Virus record (IMG/VR): IMGVR_UViG_3300042446_001168
DNA length: 64,000 nucleotides
Reading direction: 5' to 3' (one strand)
Source: a virus
This document shows, piece after piece, positions 16,751-26,185 of this stretch. Every line of letters begins with the position of its first letter. Positions within the stretch are counted from its first letter, which is position 1. The position numbers were made by a program, and so were the translations under genes. The notes under the pieces are model-generated. The model searched no databases. It had not been told where the DNA came from and saw only the letters and a list, made by a program, of their open reading frames with translations.

Positions 16751-17428
16751 ATGAAATTCAGTGCAAGGACTGTACAGATCCTTAAAAACTTCAACCAGAT
16801 TAATCCTACGTTGTTGTTTTCTCCCGGCAATGTTTTAACAACAATGTCACCCATGAGAACGGTGATGGCTAAAGCAACAATTGCTGAGACTATTCCTCAG
16901 CAATTTGCCATCTTTGACCTATCACGGTTTCTTGGGGTGATGTCGTTGTTTGAAGATCCGGAATTAGAATTTGATTCTAACTGTATTATAATTAAGAGTG
17001 GTAAGCAGGCATTAAGTTATCTTTACGCAAATCCAGATCATATCAAAGCTCCCCCTGATAAGGAGATTGAGATTCCAGCTGATTCCGTAGAGCAGATCTT
17101 AACAGCTGCTAACATTCAGGCTGTGATGAAAGCTGTTGCTGTTCTTCAGTTACCAGATATTGCATTCACTGGTAAGAACGGGTTGATGTATGTAGAAGCA
17201 CTAGATACCAACCCTAAGACGAAGAGCACTGGGTCACCTAGTGATACGTTTGCTATTGATATCGGTGAGACGTCTAAACAGTTCAAGATGGTTGTTAAGC
17301 CGGATAACATTAAGCTGCTGAATGGGGATTATACATTAAAAATATCTTCAAAACGTGTTCTCTATCTCAAGGGACCTGATGTACAATACTGGATTGCCTG
17401 TGAAGAAAATTCTGTGTACGTTGGATAA
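16751..17428 (+). CDS. gp45: Sliding clamp
   Basis: ILKNF..IN...IFDLSRFL...YWIA.E; precedes clamp loader. Confidence 0.92.
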   Translation: MKFSARTVQILKNFNQINPTLLFSPGNVLTTMSPMRTVMAKATIAETIPQQFAIFDLSRFLGVMSLFEDPELEFDSNCIIIKSGKQALSYLYANPDHIKAPPDKEIEIPADSVEQILTAANIQAVMKAVAVLQLPDIAFTGKNGLMYVEALDTNPKTKSTGSPSDTFAIDIGETSKQFKMVVKPDNIKLLNGDYTLKISSKRVLYLKGPDVQYWIACEENSVYVG

Positions 17429-17449
17429 CATGACCTGGAGTATTATATT

Positions 17450-18388
17450 ATGGCAGTTGATTTCTTATGGGTTGAAAAATACAGACCCAAAACTATAGCG
17501 GACACTATCCTACCGCCATCTCTCAAGCAAACATTTCAGCAGTTTGTAACCCAAGGTAACATTCCTAATCTACTTCTAACTGGCCGGGCTGGTGTTGGTA
17601 AAACAACAGTAGCTCGAGCCATGCTAGAAGAAGTTGGTAGTGATTACCTGATTATTAACGGCTCGATGAATGGTAACATTGATACCTTGAGGAACGATAT
17701 TAGACAGTTTGCATCGTCTATATCATTCACTGGCGGTAGGAAGTACGTTATCCTCGACGAGGCCGATTACCTCAACCCTAATAGTACGCAGCCAGCGTTG
17801 CGTAACTTTATGGAAGAGTTCTCAAAGAATTGTGGATTTATTCTCACTTGCAATTATAAAAACAGAATTATTGAACCATTGCACTCTAGGTGTTCGGTAG
17901 TTGAGTTTAAGATTGAGAGTGAGGATAAGCCCAAGATTGCATCCCAGTTTATCAAACGGGTGTCGACCATACTAGAGACTGAGGGTATAGAGTATGATAA
18001 GGCGGCTGTTATTGAGGTTATTAAGAAGTTCTTTCCTGATTGGAGGAGAGTTCTCAATGAGCTGCAGAGGTACTCGGCTACCGGAAGGATTGATACTGGT
18101 ATCCTTGTTAACTTTACTGATGAAAAGCTGAAGAAGCTCATTGAGCTAATTAAGCAAAAGAACTTTACAGAGATACGTAAGTGGGTTGGTGAAAACACAG
18201 ATCTTGATACTACTACCTTCTTTCGTAAGATATACGATACAGCATCTGAGTTCTTGAAGCCAAGTTCGATACCTCAGCTAGTTCTCATTCTAGCAAACTA
18301 CCAATACAAGTCGGCCTTTGTTGCCGATCAGGAAATAAATATACTGGCTTGTCTAACAGAAATAATGGTCGAAGGAGAATTTAAATGA
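17450..18388 (+). CDS. gp44: Clamp loader large subunit
   Basis: LWVEKYRP, GRAGVGKTT, ILDEAD, SRC. Confidence 0.97.
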   Translation: MAVDFLWVEKYRPKTIADTILPPSLKQTFQQFVTQGNIPNLLLTGRAGVGKTTVARAMLEEVGSDYLIINGSMNGNIDTLRNDIRQFASSISFTGGRKYVILDEADYLNPNSTQPALRNFMEEFSKNCGFILTCNYKNRIIEPLHSRCSVVEFKIESEDKPKIASQFIKRVSTILETEGIEYDKAAVIEVIKKFFPDWRRVLNELQRYSATGRIDTGILVNFTDEKLKKLIELIKQKNFTEIRKWVGENTDLDTTTFFRKIYDTASEFLKPSSIPQLVLILANYQYKSAFVADQEINILACLTEIMVEGEFK

Positions 18389-18567
18389 TATTGCTGAGCG
18401 AATATGAACAAGGACCTATCAACTCGCGAGTCTTTAGGTTACAGGATAACAGATATCAGGTGTTAGTGTTCAATGCATCAACAGGTAAAGAAGTAGCTGA
18501 ATTCTTCAACAATTATGAGGTAGCCTGTAGTCATGCTGAAAACTCTGTTGAACAGCTGAACGGATGA
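18385..18567 (+). CDS. Hypothetical protein
   Basis: Overlapping ORF chain with RBS. Confidence 0.55.
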   Translation: MILLSEYEQGPINSRVFRLQDNRYQVLVFNASTGKEVAEFFNNYEVACSHAENSVEQLNG

Positions 18568-18788
18568 AAACCTTTATACACGTCAACCAGGCCTACATTC
18601 GAAGGAATATCAAAGCAGCAACTGATGACAAGGTACCGGTACTCACTGTTAAGACCTATAACACAAACAGGTATGCTAACTCCGTGACTATACACGGCCC
18701 AAGTAAAGTAGTATATTCTCCTGATAAGCCTCTTAGCTGTGGTGCTAGGGTTTGGATAGAGACCGAGAGTGAGGTAGAGGTTGAATGA
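18564..18788 (+). CDS. Conserved phage hypothetical protein
   Basis: IHVNQ...PLSCGARVWIET pattern. Confidence 0.7.
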   Translation: MKTFIHVNQAYIRRNIKAATDDKVPVLTVKTYNTNRYANSVTIHGPSKVVYSPDKPLSCGARVWIETESEVEVE

Positions 18789-19071
18789 TGTATTATCACC
18801 AACTATTGAATGGATAAAAAGTGATTATCGCTCTAATCGTATTCGTTTTGTTATCGAGTTGCTGGCTTGGGCTCTTAGCGTTGGCTGCTCAATCACCATG
18901 GCAATCACAGTCCCAAATCCTCCTTTGCTGGCTCTTTATCCTGTGTGGATTAGTGGTTGTGCCATGTATGCTTGGGCTAGTTATAGTAGGAAATCATTTG
19001 GCATGCTTGCTAACTACATCTTGCTGACAACAATAGACACAATAGGACTACTGAGGATGACAATATTATGA
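18781..19071 (+). CDS. Membrane protein
   Basis: Three hydrophobic segments. Confidence 0.65.
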   Translation: MNDVLSPTIEWIKSDYRSNRIRFVIELLAWALSVGCSITMAITVPNPPLLALYPVWISGCAMYAWASYSRKSFGMLANYILLTTIDTIGLLRMTIL

Positions 19072-19343
19072 AGCAAATTAAAATATCTGGATTGTTGTAT
19101 GATGTAGTGTACAAGAGTAATGAGGAGATGGAAGGCCGGATTGGACTGGCTGATTTCAACAGACAGTTGATAAGTGTAAATGAGTCGCATACTTCACAGA
19201 CTCAGCAAATAGCTTTGATGCATGAAATTTTGCATCTACTTGATATGTCATACAACCTGAAGCTAACAGAAGAACAAGTTGTATACACTACCCACTCTTT
19301 GATTGCTCTCTTTGCAGACAATCCAGAGCTGACTTTTATTTGA
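19068..19343 (+). CDS. Small HExxH metallopeptidase-like protein
   Basis: LMHEILH. Confidence 0.6.
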   Translation: MKQIKISGLLYDVVYKSNEEMEGRIGLADFNRQLISVNESHTSQTQQIALMHEILHLLDMSYNLKLTEEQVVYTTHSLIALFADNPELTFI

Positions 19344-19360
19344 TATGATGGAGATATATT

Positions 19361-19564
19361 ATGAGTGTTGAACAAGCCGCTATCTTTCTTGCCGGTAGTA
19401 TCCTAGTCATGCTGGGACTGACGACCATTGTTGTGTTTGTAGTAATCATCAATAATATACTTTATAAGCACTGGAATCCTATTAAGATCATGAAGTATTT
19501 GGGTGGCCCTGACTATTCGTCGGATCCTCTCAAAACAGAAGTAAAGACCAAGCCTACCAAGTAA
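19361..19564 (+). CDS. Small membrane protein
   Basis: GGAG RBS, one TM helix. Confidence 0.6.
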   Translation: MSVEQAAIFLAGSILVMLGLTTIVVFVVIINNILYKHWNPIKIMKYLGGPDYSSDPLKTEVKTKPTK

Positions 19565-19578
19565 CCTTAAACTATATT

Positions 19579-19956
19579 ATGAGTCTTTTTGATTTTGTCA
19601 ATGCTATATCAGTAAATAAGAAGGATTTGATGGCTGAGGATAAAGTGGAGACCCTTTACCAGCCTTTCCTAGTTAATAAAGCACTATCATACTTTCCTGA
19701 CACCATTCTCTATGCCAACGAGATGAATGCCAGCCCCCATGTGGATAATAAACTACAATTTCATTTTTTTCTAAATAGTATAAGACCTGCGAAGCGATTT
19801 TCGAAGTGGGTGAAGAAGCAAGAAGATAATGATCTTATAGCAGTAATGGAATATTATGGGTATAATCCAGAAAAGGCATTAAGCGCACTATCTATCCTTT
19901 CTTCTGATCAATTGATCACTATAAAACAAAAATTAGAAAAAGGTGGACAAGTATGA
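19579..19956 (+). CDS. gp62: Clamp loader small subunit
   Basis: YQPFLVNKALSYFPDTILYANEMN...KRFSKW. Confidence 0.93.
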   Translation: MSLFDFVNAISVNKKDLMAEDKVETLYQPFLVNKALSYFPDTILYANEMNASPHVDNKLQFHFFLNSIRPAKRFSKWVKKQEDNDLIAVMEYYGYNPEKALSALSILSSDQLITIKQKLEKGGQV

Positions 19957-20357
19957 ACATTATTGACAGCCTGGTCGAGGTTGCGCTGACAACCGAAGAG
20001 GATTTCTTAAAAATTAAAGAGACGCTCACACGTATTGGTGTTGCATCTCGTAAAGATAGAACCCTATATCAATCCTGCCACATCCTACACAAACAAGGTA
20101 GATATTATATTGTACATTTCAAAGAGCTTTTTTCTTTGGATGGCAAACCATCTAACTTCTCTGAAGACGATAAGGCAAGACGCAATACTATCATCAATCT
20201 ACTTGCTGAGTGGGGCCTGATCATATTGATTAATCCACAGAAATCAAGTACTCCTGTAGCACCATTCTCCCAAGTTAAAGTAATAACTCACAAAGAGAAA
20301 CATGATTGGGAGTTGGTTGCAAAATACAACATAGGAGCAAAACGTAAGCCTGACTAA
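19953..20357 (+). CDS. regA: Translational repressor RegA
   Basis: DFLKIKETLTRIG...LYQSCHILHKQGRYYIVHFKELF. Confidence 0.97.
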   Translation: MNIIDSLVEVALTTEEDFLKIKETLTRIGVASRKDRTLYQSCHILHKQGRYYIVHFKELFSLDGKPSNFSEDDKARRNTIINLLAEWGLIILINPQKSSTPVAPFSQVKVITHKEKHDWELVAKYNIGAKRKPD

Positions 20358-20358
20358 T

Positions 20359-20865
20359 ATGATGACATCTAAATTATGGGACTACCGGTTTCTTCAACTA
20401 GCTGAAACCGTATCTAGTTGGTCAAAAGATCCTTCACGTAAGGTAGGTAGTGTGGTTGTTGATAACAAGCGAAGAGTTGTTAGTCTTGGGTATAACGGTT
20501 TTCCACGTGGTGTAGAAGATTCCGCAGAACGGTACGCTGATCGTGAGCTCAAGCTCAAGCTCGTGTGCCACGCCGAAAGAAACGCACTAGACAATAGTTC
20601 AGCCAGCGTAGAAGGGGCGACCCTTTACACTACGCTGTTCCCATGCAACGAGTGTGTTAAATCGATTATACAGCGTGGAATTAGTAAAGTAGTAACAATA
20701 GTTCCGGAGCCAGGAAAAAATCAGTTGTTTTATTTACCAATCTCGTATATGATGTTAAAAGAGTCTGGTGTGGAGTTGCATCAGTATGATTATGGATTAT
20801 TTGAAAGGTGGAAAAATGGTACCGAAGGATTTGATCCGCTCGACTCTCAAGTCGAACATCTGTAA
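20359..20865 (+). CDS. cd: dCMP deaminase
   Basis: SKDPS, GYNGFP, HAERNA, PCNEC. Confidence 0.93.
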   Translation: MMTSKLWDYRFLQLAETVSSWSKDPSRKVGSVVVDNKRRVVSLGYNGFPRGVEDSAERYADRELKLKLVCHAERNALDNSSASVEGATLYTTLFPCNECVKSIIQRGISKVVTIVPEPGKNQLFYLPISYMMLKESGVELHQYDYGLFERWKNGTEGFDPLDSQVEHL

Positions 20866-21085
20866 GATTAAGTTTACTAAGACTAATGGTGAGGTCCGTG
20901 ACATGATTTGTACGCTCAAGGATGATGTGGTTGTTCCTCACGAAAAAACTACTGACCGAGTTAAGGTTGCTAACGAAGAGGTGTTGGCTGTCTGGGATTG
21001 TGAGAAGAATGCCTGGCGTTCTTTCCGATTTGACAGTATCCTTGAGCATACCTTATATGTGGGAGATATTAATGTTCCAGCGTAA
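20816..21085 (+). CDS. SH3-like (DUF2693/WYL_2-like) protein
   Basis: FTKTNGEVRDM.CT...WD.EK.AWRSFR. Confidence 0.75.
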   Translation: MVPKDLIRSTLKSNICKIKFTKTNGEVRDMICTLKDDVVVPHEKTTDRVKVANEEVLAVWDCEKNAWRSFRFDSILEHTLYVGDINVPA

Positions 21086-21293
21086 GGCTAATATGAAACC
21101 AGCTGCTCTGCAGGACGGCTGTAATGTATCTCTTCGGTCACTTATTGACTTTGTTGGTCAATGTGAGACTGCTCTGAAGGCCAAGGGGCAGGATGATGAG
21201 GCCTTTCGGTTCGAGTGTCTGCAGGAATATCTTCGAAATGACTTTCATCCTCGAGATGGGTTAAAATTCAAAGGTGGAGCAATCGGTCTTTGA
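21072..21293 (+). CDS. Hypothetical protein
   Basis: GGAG RBS before ATG21072. Confidence 0.55.
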   Translation: MFQRKANMKPAALQDGCNVSLRSLIDFVGQCETALKAKGQDDEAFRFECLQEYLRNDFHPRDGLKFKGGAIGL

Positions 21294-21357
21294 TAAATAA
21301 AAGAAACGGATTATAAGGATACTGAATGACTCATTACAAGAGACAGTAGGTAGGGAG

Positions 21358-21397
21358 AAGACACATGGGTCGAGAGGCTATGTGTCTTTTTTGTTTT
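21358..21397 (+). terminator. Hairpin with T-tract upstream of phoH
   Basis: AAGACACATGG...CTATGTGTCTT followed by TTTT. Confidence 0.55.
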
Positions 21398-21421
21398 TAA
21401 CAACAATAATAAAGGCGCCTC

Positions 21422-22165
21422 ATGAAAAAACCAGTAAGACTTTCTCAAGCCTCCGTTCATCCTTTTCCGGATCAATCAAAACGAAAACTCAAACTAAGAA
21501 TAGATGATCTACAAGTTTTTGATGCACTAACACCAAACCAATCCGTATTTTACAATCTATACAAAGAAAAAGCCCAAGCAATAATGCTGCACGGAGCAGC
21601 AGGTACCGGAAAAACATTCATAGCTCTATACAAAGCCCTTGAGGAGGTGATGGATAAGAGTAACTCATATGAAAAGGTAGTTATAGTTAGGTCAGTAGTC
21701 CCCTCAAGGGAAATTGGCCATCTACCCGGAGACGAGAAAGAAAAGACAGATGTGTATCTTGCCCCATATAAAGCAGTATGCAAGGATCTCTTTAACACCG
21801 AACAAGCATATGAGCGGCTTGTTGAACAAAAGAACATTGAGTTCCTAATCACATCCTTTGTCAGAGGAATTACAATTGACAACGCCGTTATTATTGTAGA
21901 TGAATGTCAAAACATGAATTTTCAAGAACTGAGTTCTATTATTACTCGAGTTGGAGAGGGTTCAAGAATTGTATTCTGCGGAGACTTTAAACAGACTGAT
22001 CTTAACAAGAGACATGATCAATCAGGACTCAGAGAGTTTGTGGAAGTAATTAACAGAATGCCATCATTCCGGAATGTTGAGTTTGGAATAGATGACATTG
22101 TAAGAAGTAGTCTGGTGAAAGAATTTATTGTTGCAAATTTACACATTCAAACAGTAAAAAGTTGA
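21422..22165 (+). CDS. phoH: PhoH-like ATPase
   Basis: GAAGTGKT, IGHLPG, RG.T, DECQN, TRVG, GD..Q.D, DIVRS. Confidence 0.95.
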   Translation: MKKPVRLSQASVHPFPDQSKRKLKLRIDDLQVFDALTPNQSVFYNLYKEKAQAIMLHGAAGTGKTFIALYKALEEVMDKSNSYEKVVIVRSVVPSREIGHLPGDEKEKTDVYLAPYKAVCKDLFNTEQAYERLVEQKNIEFLITSFVRGITIDNAVIIVDECQNMNFQELSSIITRVGEGSRIVFCGDFKQTDLNKRHDQSGLREFVEVINRMPSFRNVEFGIDDIVRSSLVKEFIVANLHIQTVKS

Positions 22166-22192
22166 CTTTCATCTGAGTAAGATGTATAAATA
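22162..22192 (+). promoter_or_regulatory. Composite promoter: TTGACT-N17-TATAAA whose -10 is also a late TATAAATA
   Basis: TTGACT at 22162, TATAAATA at 22185. Confidence 0.75.
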
Positions 22193-22255
22193 GAGATGCG
22201 TTGCCTTTGGGGACGCATTTCTATAATAACCTTGCTTAATAGGAGGTCTTAAATG
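22191..22255 (+). promoter_or_regulatory. ROSE-like RNA thermometer candidate in the hsp20 5' UTR
   Basis: 5' hairpin 22191-22223, then CCTTGCT-TAAT-AGGAGG in which the UUGCU motif pairs the SD. Confidence 0.55.
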
Positions 22256-22771
22256 ACTAAAGATACACTTACCGCTCTTGCTAACACTTTTGCTTTTGGT
22301 CCAGGATTCAAATATGGGACAAAAGATCTCGAAAAGTTCTTTGTTGGGTTTGACGACTCATTTGATAAGTTAGCCAAGCTACATGATGAAGTAACAAAAA
22401 ACATCCCGAACTATCCCCCATACAATATCAAAAAAGTAGACGATAACAAGTATACTATTGAGATTGCTGTCGCTGGTTTTGCCAAGCAAGACATCGACCT
22501 CGAGTTTGCCAATAACAAGCTAATCGTTGCTGGTAAAGCATCTGATGATTCTGAAAACGATTCATTCCTATGGAGGGGTATTGCCAATAGAGCATTCACA
22601 CGTACTTTTGTTCTTGACGATCAAGTTGAGATTCAGAATGCTGAGATGCTAAACGGTATGCTGAAGGTTTTCCTTGAGCGTATTATTCCCGAGCACAAGA
22701 AGCCTAAGAAGATCGAGATTAACGAAAAGCCTTCAAAGGAAGAGAAACAGTTCTTAGCGGAGGACAAATGA
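22253..22771 (+). CDS. Small heat shock protein (Hsp20/IbpA-like)
   Basis: NYPPYNI, AVAGF, RGIA.RAF.R.F, A..NGML. Confidence 0.95.
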   Translation: MTKDTLTALANTFAFGPGFKYGTKDLEKFFVGFDDSFDKLAKLHDEVTKNIPNYPPYNIKKVDDNKYTIEIAVAGFAKQDIDLEFANNKLIVAGKASDDSENDSFLWRGIANRAFTRTFVLDDQVEIQNAEMLNGMLKVFLERIIPEHKKPKKIEINEKPSKEEKQFLAEDK

Positions 22772-22938
22772 ACTACCTAGAAAAGATTCTCAAGGTATCA
22801 GAAAATTTCTTTTTTGGTAGTACAGCCGCATTTTCAAAAACAGAAATTAAATACCTCAATCAAGCTGTAGATCAATGTGATCTAGAGTATCGTATGAAAC
22901 AGATTGAGCGTAAGCACGAAACTTTGGGATATATGTGA
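22768..22938 (+). CDS. DUF3563-like small protein (56 aa)
   Basis: YLNQAVDQCDLEYRMKQI motif; ATGA overlap with hsp20. Confidence 0.6.
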   Translation: MNYLEKILKVSENFFFGSTAAFSKTEIKYLNQAVDQCDLEYRMKQIERKHETLGYM

Positions 22939-22941
22939 AAC

Positions 22942-22962
22942 GAGGGGGGCAACCCCCTCTTT
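22942..22962 (+). terminator. Rho-independent terminator
   Basis: GAGGGGG-GCAA-CCCCCTC-TTT. Confidence 0.8.
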
Positions 22963-22978
22963 AATTTAAAGGATAGAA

Positions 22979-23293
22979 ATGATAGTCAGAGTAATTAGAT
23001 TAATGAACGGCGAAGATTTAATTGGTAGCCTTGAAGTATCATCAAAAAAAGATGCTGGACTAGTGTACAAACTCAGGGACGTTGGAACAATCCAATTGGT
23101 TCCAACTAAGGATGGTGGGGTTGGGATCTCTCTATTTCCCTTTGCACCCTACGCAGAAGAGAGCGAGTTTACATTCAGAGAAGAGCATGTTGTAACTACC
23201 TTCAGTCCTTCTGTTGACCTTCTCAACAACTACAATCGTATGTTTGGATCTGGTATCCAAATTGCATCTGCAGGATCCGTCACTGGCCGTTGA
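22979..23293 (+). CDS. Conserved T4-like hypothetical protein (Sm-like fold)
   Basis: IRLMNGEDLIG...YNRMFGSGI; usual position before gp43. Confidence 0.7.
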   Translation: MIVRVIRLMNGEDLIGSLEVSSKKDAGLVYKLRDVGTIQLVPTKDGGVGISLFPFAPYAEESEFTFREEHVVTTFSPSVDLLNNYNRMFGSGIQIASAGSVTGR

Positions 23294-23318
23294 TTTAAAG
23301 CACCGAACGTAGTATAAT
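23290..23318 (+). promoter_or_regulatory. Sigma70-type promoter for gp43
   Basis: TTGATT-N17-TATAAT. Confidence 0.75.
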
Positions 23319-23339
23319 TGTGTTTTACAATGAGGTATT

Positions 23340-25877
23340 ATGCGCTTTTACACTAATGTACACGTTAACTCCAACAGCGCTTTCCTGCGAGGGTATGATA
23401 ATGGTAAGCGATTTGAGGTAAAGTATAACTACCGACCCTATATGTTCGTGGCCTCAAATCAACCATCAGAGTACAAAACGCTTGACGGTAAGAGTGTTCA
23501 TCGGGTTGATTTTGACAATGCAAAGGATGCCAGAGACTTTGTCAAGAACTACGACACCGTAGAAAACTTCAAGATATATGGTACCTCAGCATTCACCTAT
23601 CAAGCTATCTACGAGAACTTCAAGGGTGAAGTGTTATATGATGTAGACAATATCAATGTGGTGTCGGTGGACATCGAGACTTCTACTCAGTATGGTTTTC
23701 CTAACATTGCCTTAGCCGATAAGGAAATTATAACCCTATCCATGAGGAAAAGAGGTAAGTGTATCGTATTGGGTACACGACCATACACTCCCAAGAGTAC
23801 TGACATTAAGTACCATCAATGCAGGGACGAAGCAGATCTACTTTCAACGTTCCTCAATATATGGAATTCTGATCAGTGGAAACCCGATGTTGTTACGGGT
23901 TGGAACATTGAGAACTTTGACATTCCATATCTGTATATTAGAATAACAAACATTCTGGGTGATAAGCAAGCAAGAAGATTATCTCCGTGGGGCATGATTG
24001 CCAAGAGATCTATTAGTGGAGATACTGATGGTCCTTTTGTGTATGACCTAATAGGGATAGCTACACTGGATTATCTTGCCCTGTACAAGAAATTCTCATA
24101 CACCCCTCAAGAATCATACAAGCTAGATCATATCGCAGAGTACGAGCTTGGCGAGCGAAAGCTTGACTATTCCGAGTACGAATCAATGCACGAGTTCTAT
24201 GTACAGAACTTTGAGAAGTTTGTCGACTACAACATTCACGACGTTGTGCTGGTAGATAAACTAGAGGAGAAGTTAAAGTTTATTGAGCAGGTATTTGCTA
24301 TATCGTACGATGCGAAAGTGAATTATATTGATACGTTCACCACTGTTCGGATCTGGGATATCATTATTGCTAACTATCTAATGGATAGAAACATTGTAGT
24401 CCCTCATCACGCTACGTCAGTAGTCAAAGGAAGATTTGGGGTGGATCAAGAGATGGGCCCAATCATTGGAGCCTACGTCAAAGATCCTCAAGTTGGAATG
24501 CATAAGTGGGTATGCTCATTTGACTTGAACAGTCTCTATCCTCACTTGATTATGCAGTACAATATCAGTCCTGATACCTTTATGGGTATGGAGAAGGATA
24601 TTAGTATTGAGCGACTACTTGATGGTAACATTGGACAGGCTCTCACTGACAAGCTCATATCAAACAATCAAACCATGACTCCTAACGGAGCAATATTTGA
24701 TAAGGATAAAGTCGGGTTCTTTGCTGAGTTGATGAGTACCATGTACAACGATCGTTCTGCATGGAAGAAACGAATGATCGAAGCCAAGAAGAAGTATGAG
24801 AGTACTCCCACTCGCGAGCTTGAGAATGAGGTTGCACGCTGTCATAATATGCAGATGGCCAAGAAGATTCAACTCAACAGCGCATATGGAGCTTTGGGGA
24901 ATACCTTCTTCAGGTGGTATCAACGCGATCTAGCCGAAGCAATTACTATGTCTGGTCAACTATCCATACGATGGATGGAGAAACATATCAACGAGTACCT
25001 CAATAAGTTGTTTAAGACAACCAACGAGGACTATGTTATTGCATGCGATACGGATTCGATGTACATTCGGTTAGATAGGCTAGTACAGAGTGTATTCAAT
25101 GGAGATGAGAGTGATTCTGCCAAGGTTGTAAAGTTCCTTGACGATGTGTGTGAGAAAAAGATTCAGCCATTCATTGATCGGACATATGATAAGCTCGGAT
25201 CTTATATGATGGTGATGGAACAGAAGATGGTAATGAAGCGTGAAGCCATTGCCAACAAAGGTATCTGGACCGGAAAGAAGCACTACATCCTTAACGTATT
25301 TGACAACGAAGGTGTGTTGTATAGTGAACCAAAGCTCAAGATACAAGGTATTGAGGCTGTGCGTTCATCAACACCAGCAGCCTGTAGGAAGAATATTAAG
25401 AAGGCTCTGAGTATTATTATGAACCAGACTGAGAGTGATATTATTAAGTTCATATCAGACTTCAGACAAGAGTTTACAACCCTTCCGTATGAGGACATTG
25501 CCTTCCCAAGAGGAGTACGAGACCTCAAGAAGTACACCGACTCAAGTGCAATATATAAAAAGGGTACTCCAATTCACGTCAAGGGATCGTTGGTGTATAA
25601 TGAATTGATCAAAGAGAAGAAAATTCAGAACAAGTATCCAATTATTGCTGATGGGGACAAGATTAAGTTTTCATATCTACTCAGACCCAATCCAGCAAGA
25701 GACACAGTTATATCATGTCCAGGACCTCTTCCAAAAGAACTTGGGCTGGATGCATACATTGACTATGATATGCAATTTGATAAATCGTTCCTCGAACCTC
25801 TCAGATCAATCCTTGATGCGGTAGGATGGAAGACTGATAATAACACCAGAGCAACACTAGAAGATCTTTTTAATTAG
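23340..25877 (+). CDS. gp43: Family B DNA polymerase
   Basis: DIET exonuclease motif, FDLNSLYP, K...NSAYG, DTDS, KKHY. Confidence 0.98.
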   Translation: MRFYTNVHVNSNSAFLRGYDNGKRFEVKYNYRPYMFVASNQPSEYKTLDGKSVHRVDFDNAKDARDFVKNYDTVENFKIYGTSAFTYQAIYENFKGEVLYDVDNINVVSVDIETSTQYGFPNIALADKEIITLSMRKRGKCIVLGTRPYTPKSTDIKYHQCRDEADLLSTFLNIWNSDQWKPDVVTGWNIENFDIPYLYIRITNILGDKQARRLSPWGMIAKRSISGDTDGPFVYDLIGIATLDYLALYKKFSYTPQESYKLDHIAEYELGERKLDYSEYESMHEFYVQNFEKFVDYNIHDVVLVDKLEEKLKFIEQVFAISYDAKVNYIDTFTTVRIWDIIIANYLMDRNIVVPHHATSVVKGRFGVDQEMGPIIGAYVKDPQVGMHKWVCSFDLNSLYPHLIMQYNISPDTFMGMEKDISIERLLDGNIGQALTDKLISNNQTMTPNGAIFDKDKVGFFAELMSTMYNDRSAWKKRMIEAKKKYESTPTRELENEVARCHNMQMAKKIQLNSAYGALGNTFFRWYQRDLAEAITMSGQLSIRWMEKHINEYLNKLFKTTNEDYVIACDTDSMYIRLDRLVQSVFNGDESDSAKVVKFLDDVCEKKIQPFIDRTYDKLGSYMMVMEQKMVMKREAIANKGIWTGKKHYILNVFDNEGVLYSEPKLKIQGIEAVRSSTPAACRKNIKKALSIIMNQTESDIIKFISDFRQEFTTLPYEDIAFPRGVRDLKKYTDSSAIYKKGTPIHVKGSLVYNELIKEKKIQNKYPIIADGDKIKFSYLLRPNPARDTVISCPGPLPKELGLDAYIDYDMQFDKSFLEPLRSILDAVGWKTDNNTRATLEDLFN

Positions 25878-25885
25878 GAAAATAT

Positions 25886-26185
25886 ATGGCCAAAATATCT
25901 ATTGAACTAGATGAGGATAATGATTTTGGATTCTCTGCTGTCAGTGAAGATGACCTCAAATCAATGGAGCGGCAGCTTCAACAACAAGTTCATGAAAAAG
26001 AACAAGAATTATCGTTGACTTCTAAAGAGTATAAAGATAAACTAGAGGCTCTTTATAAGTTGATCATGCCACTACTACTCAACCTAGCCAAGGATTCTGA
26101 AAAAGAGTATATACTCTGGCCTGACCGATCTAAGAAGATGAAAATTTTTATTGATAAAGTAAATAAGTTAGTAGAAAATGATTAA
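25886..26185 (+). CDS. Hypothetical protein
   Basis: DFGFS...PLL.NL....YI.WP.R pattern typical of T4-like phages. Confidence 0.7.
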   Translation: MAKISIELDEDNDFGFSAVSEDDLKSMERQLQQQVHEKEQELSLTSKEYKDKLEALYKLIMPLLLNLAKDSEKEYILWPDRSKKMKIFIDKVNKLVEND

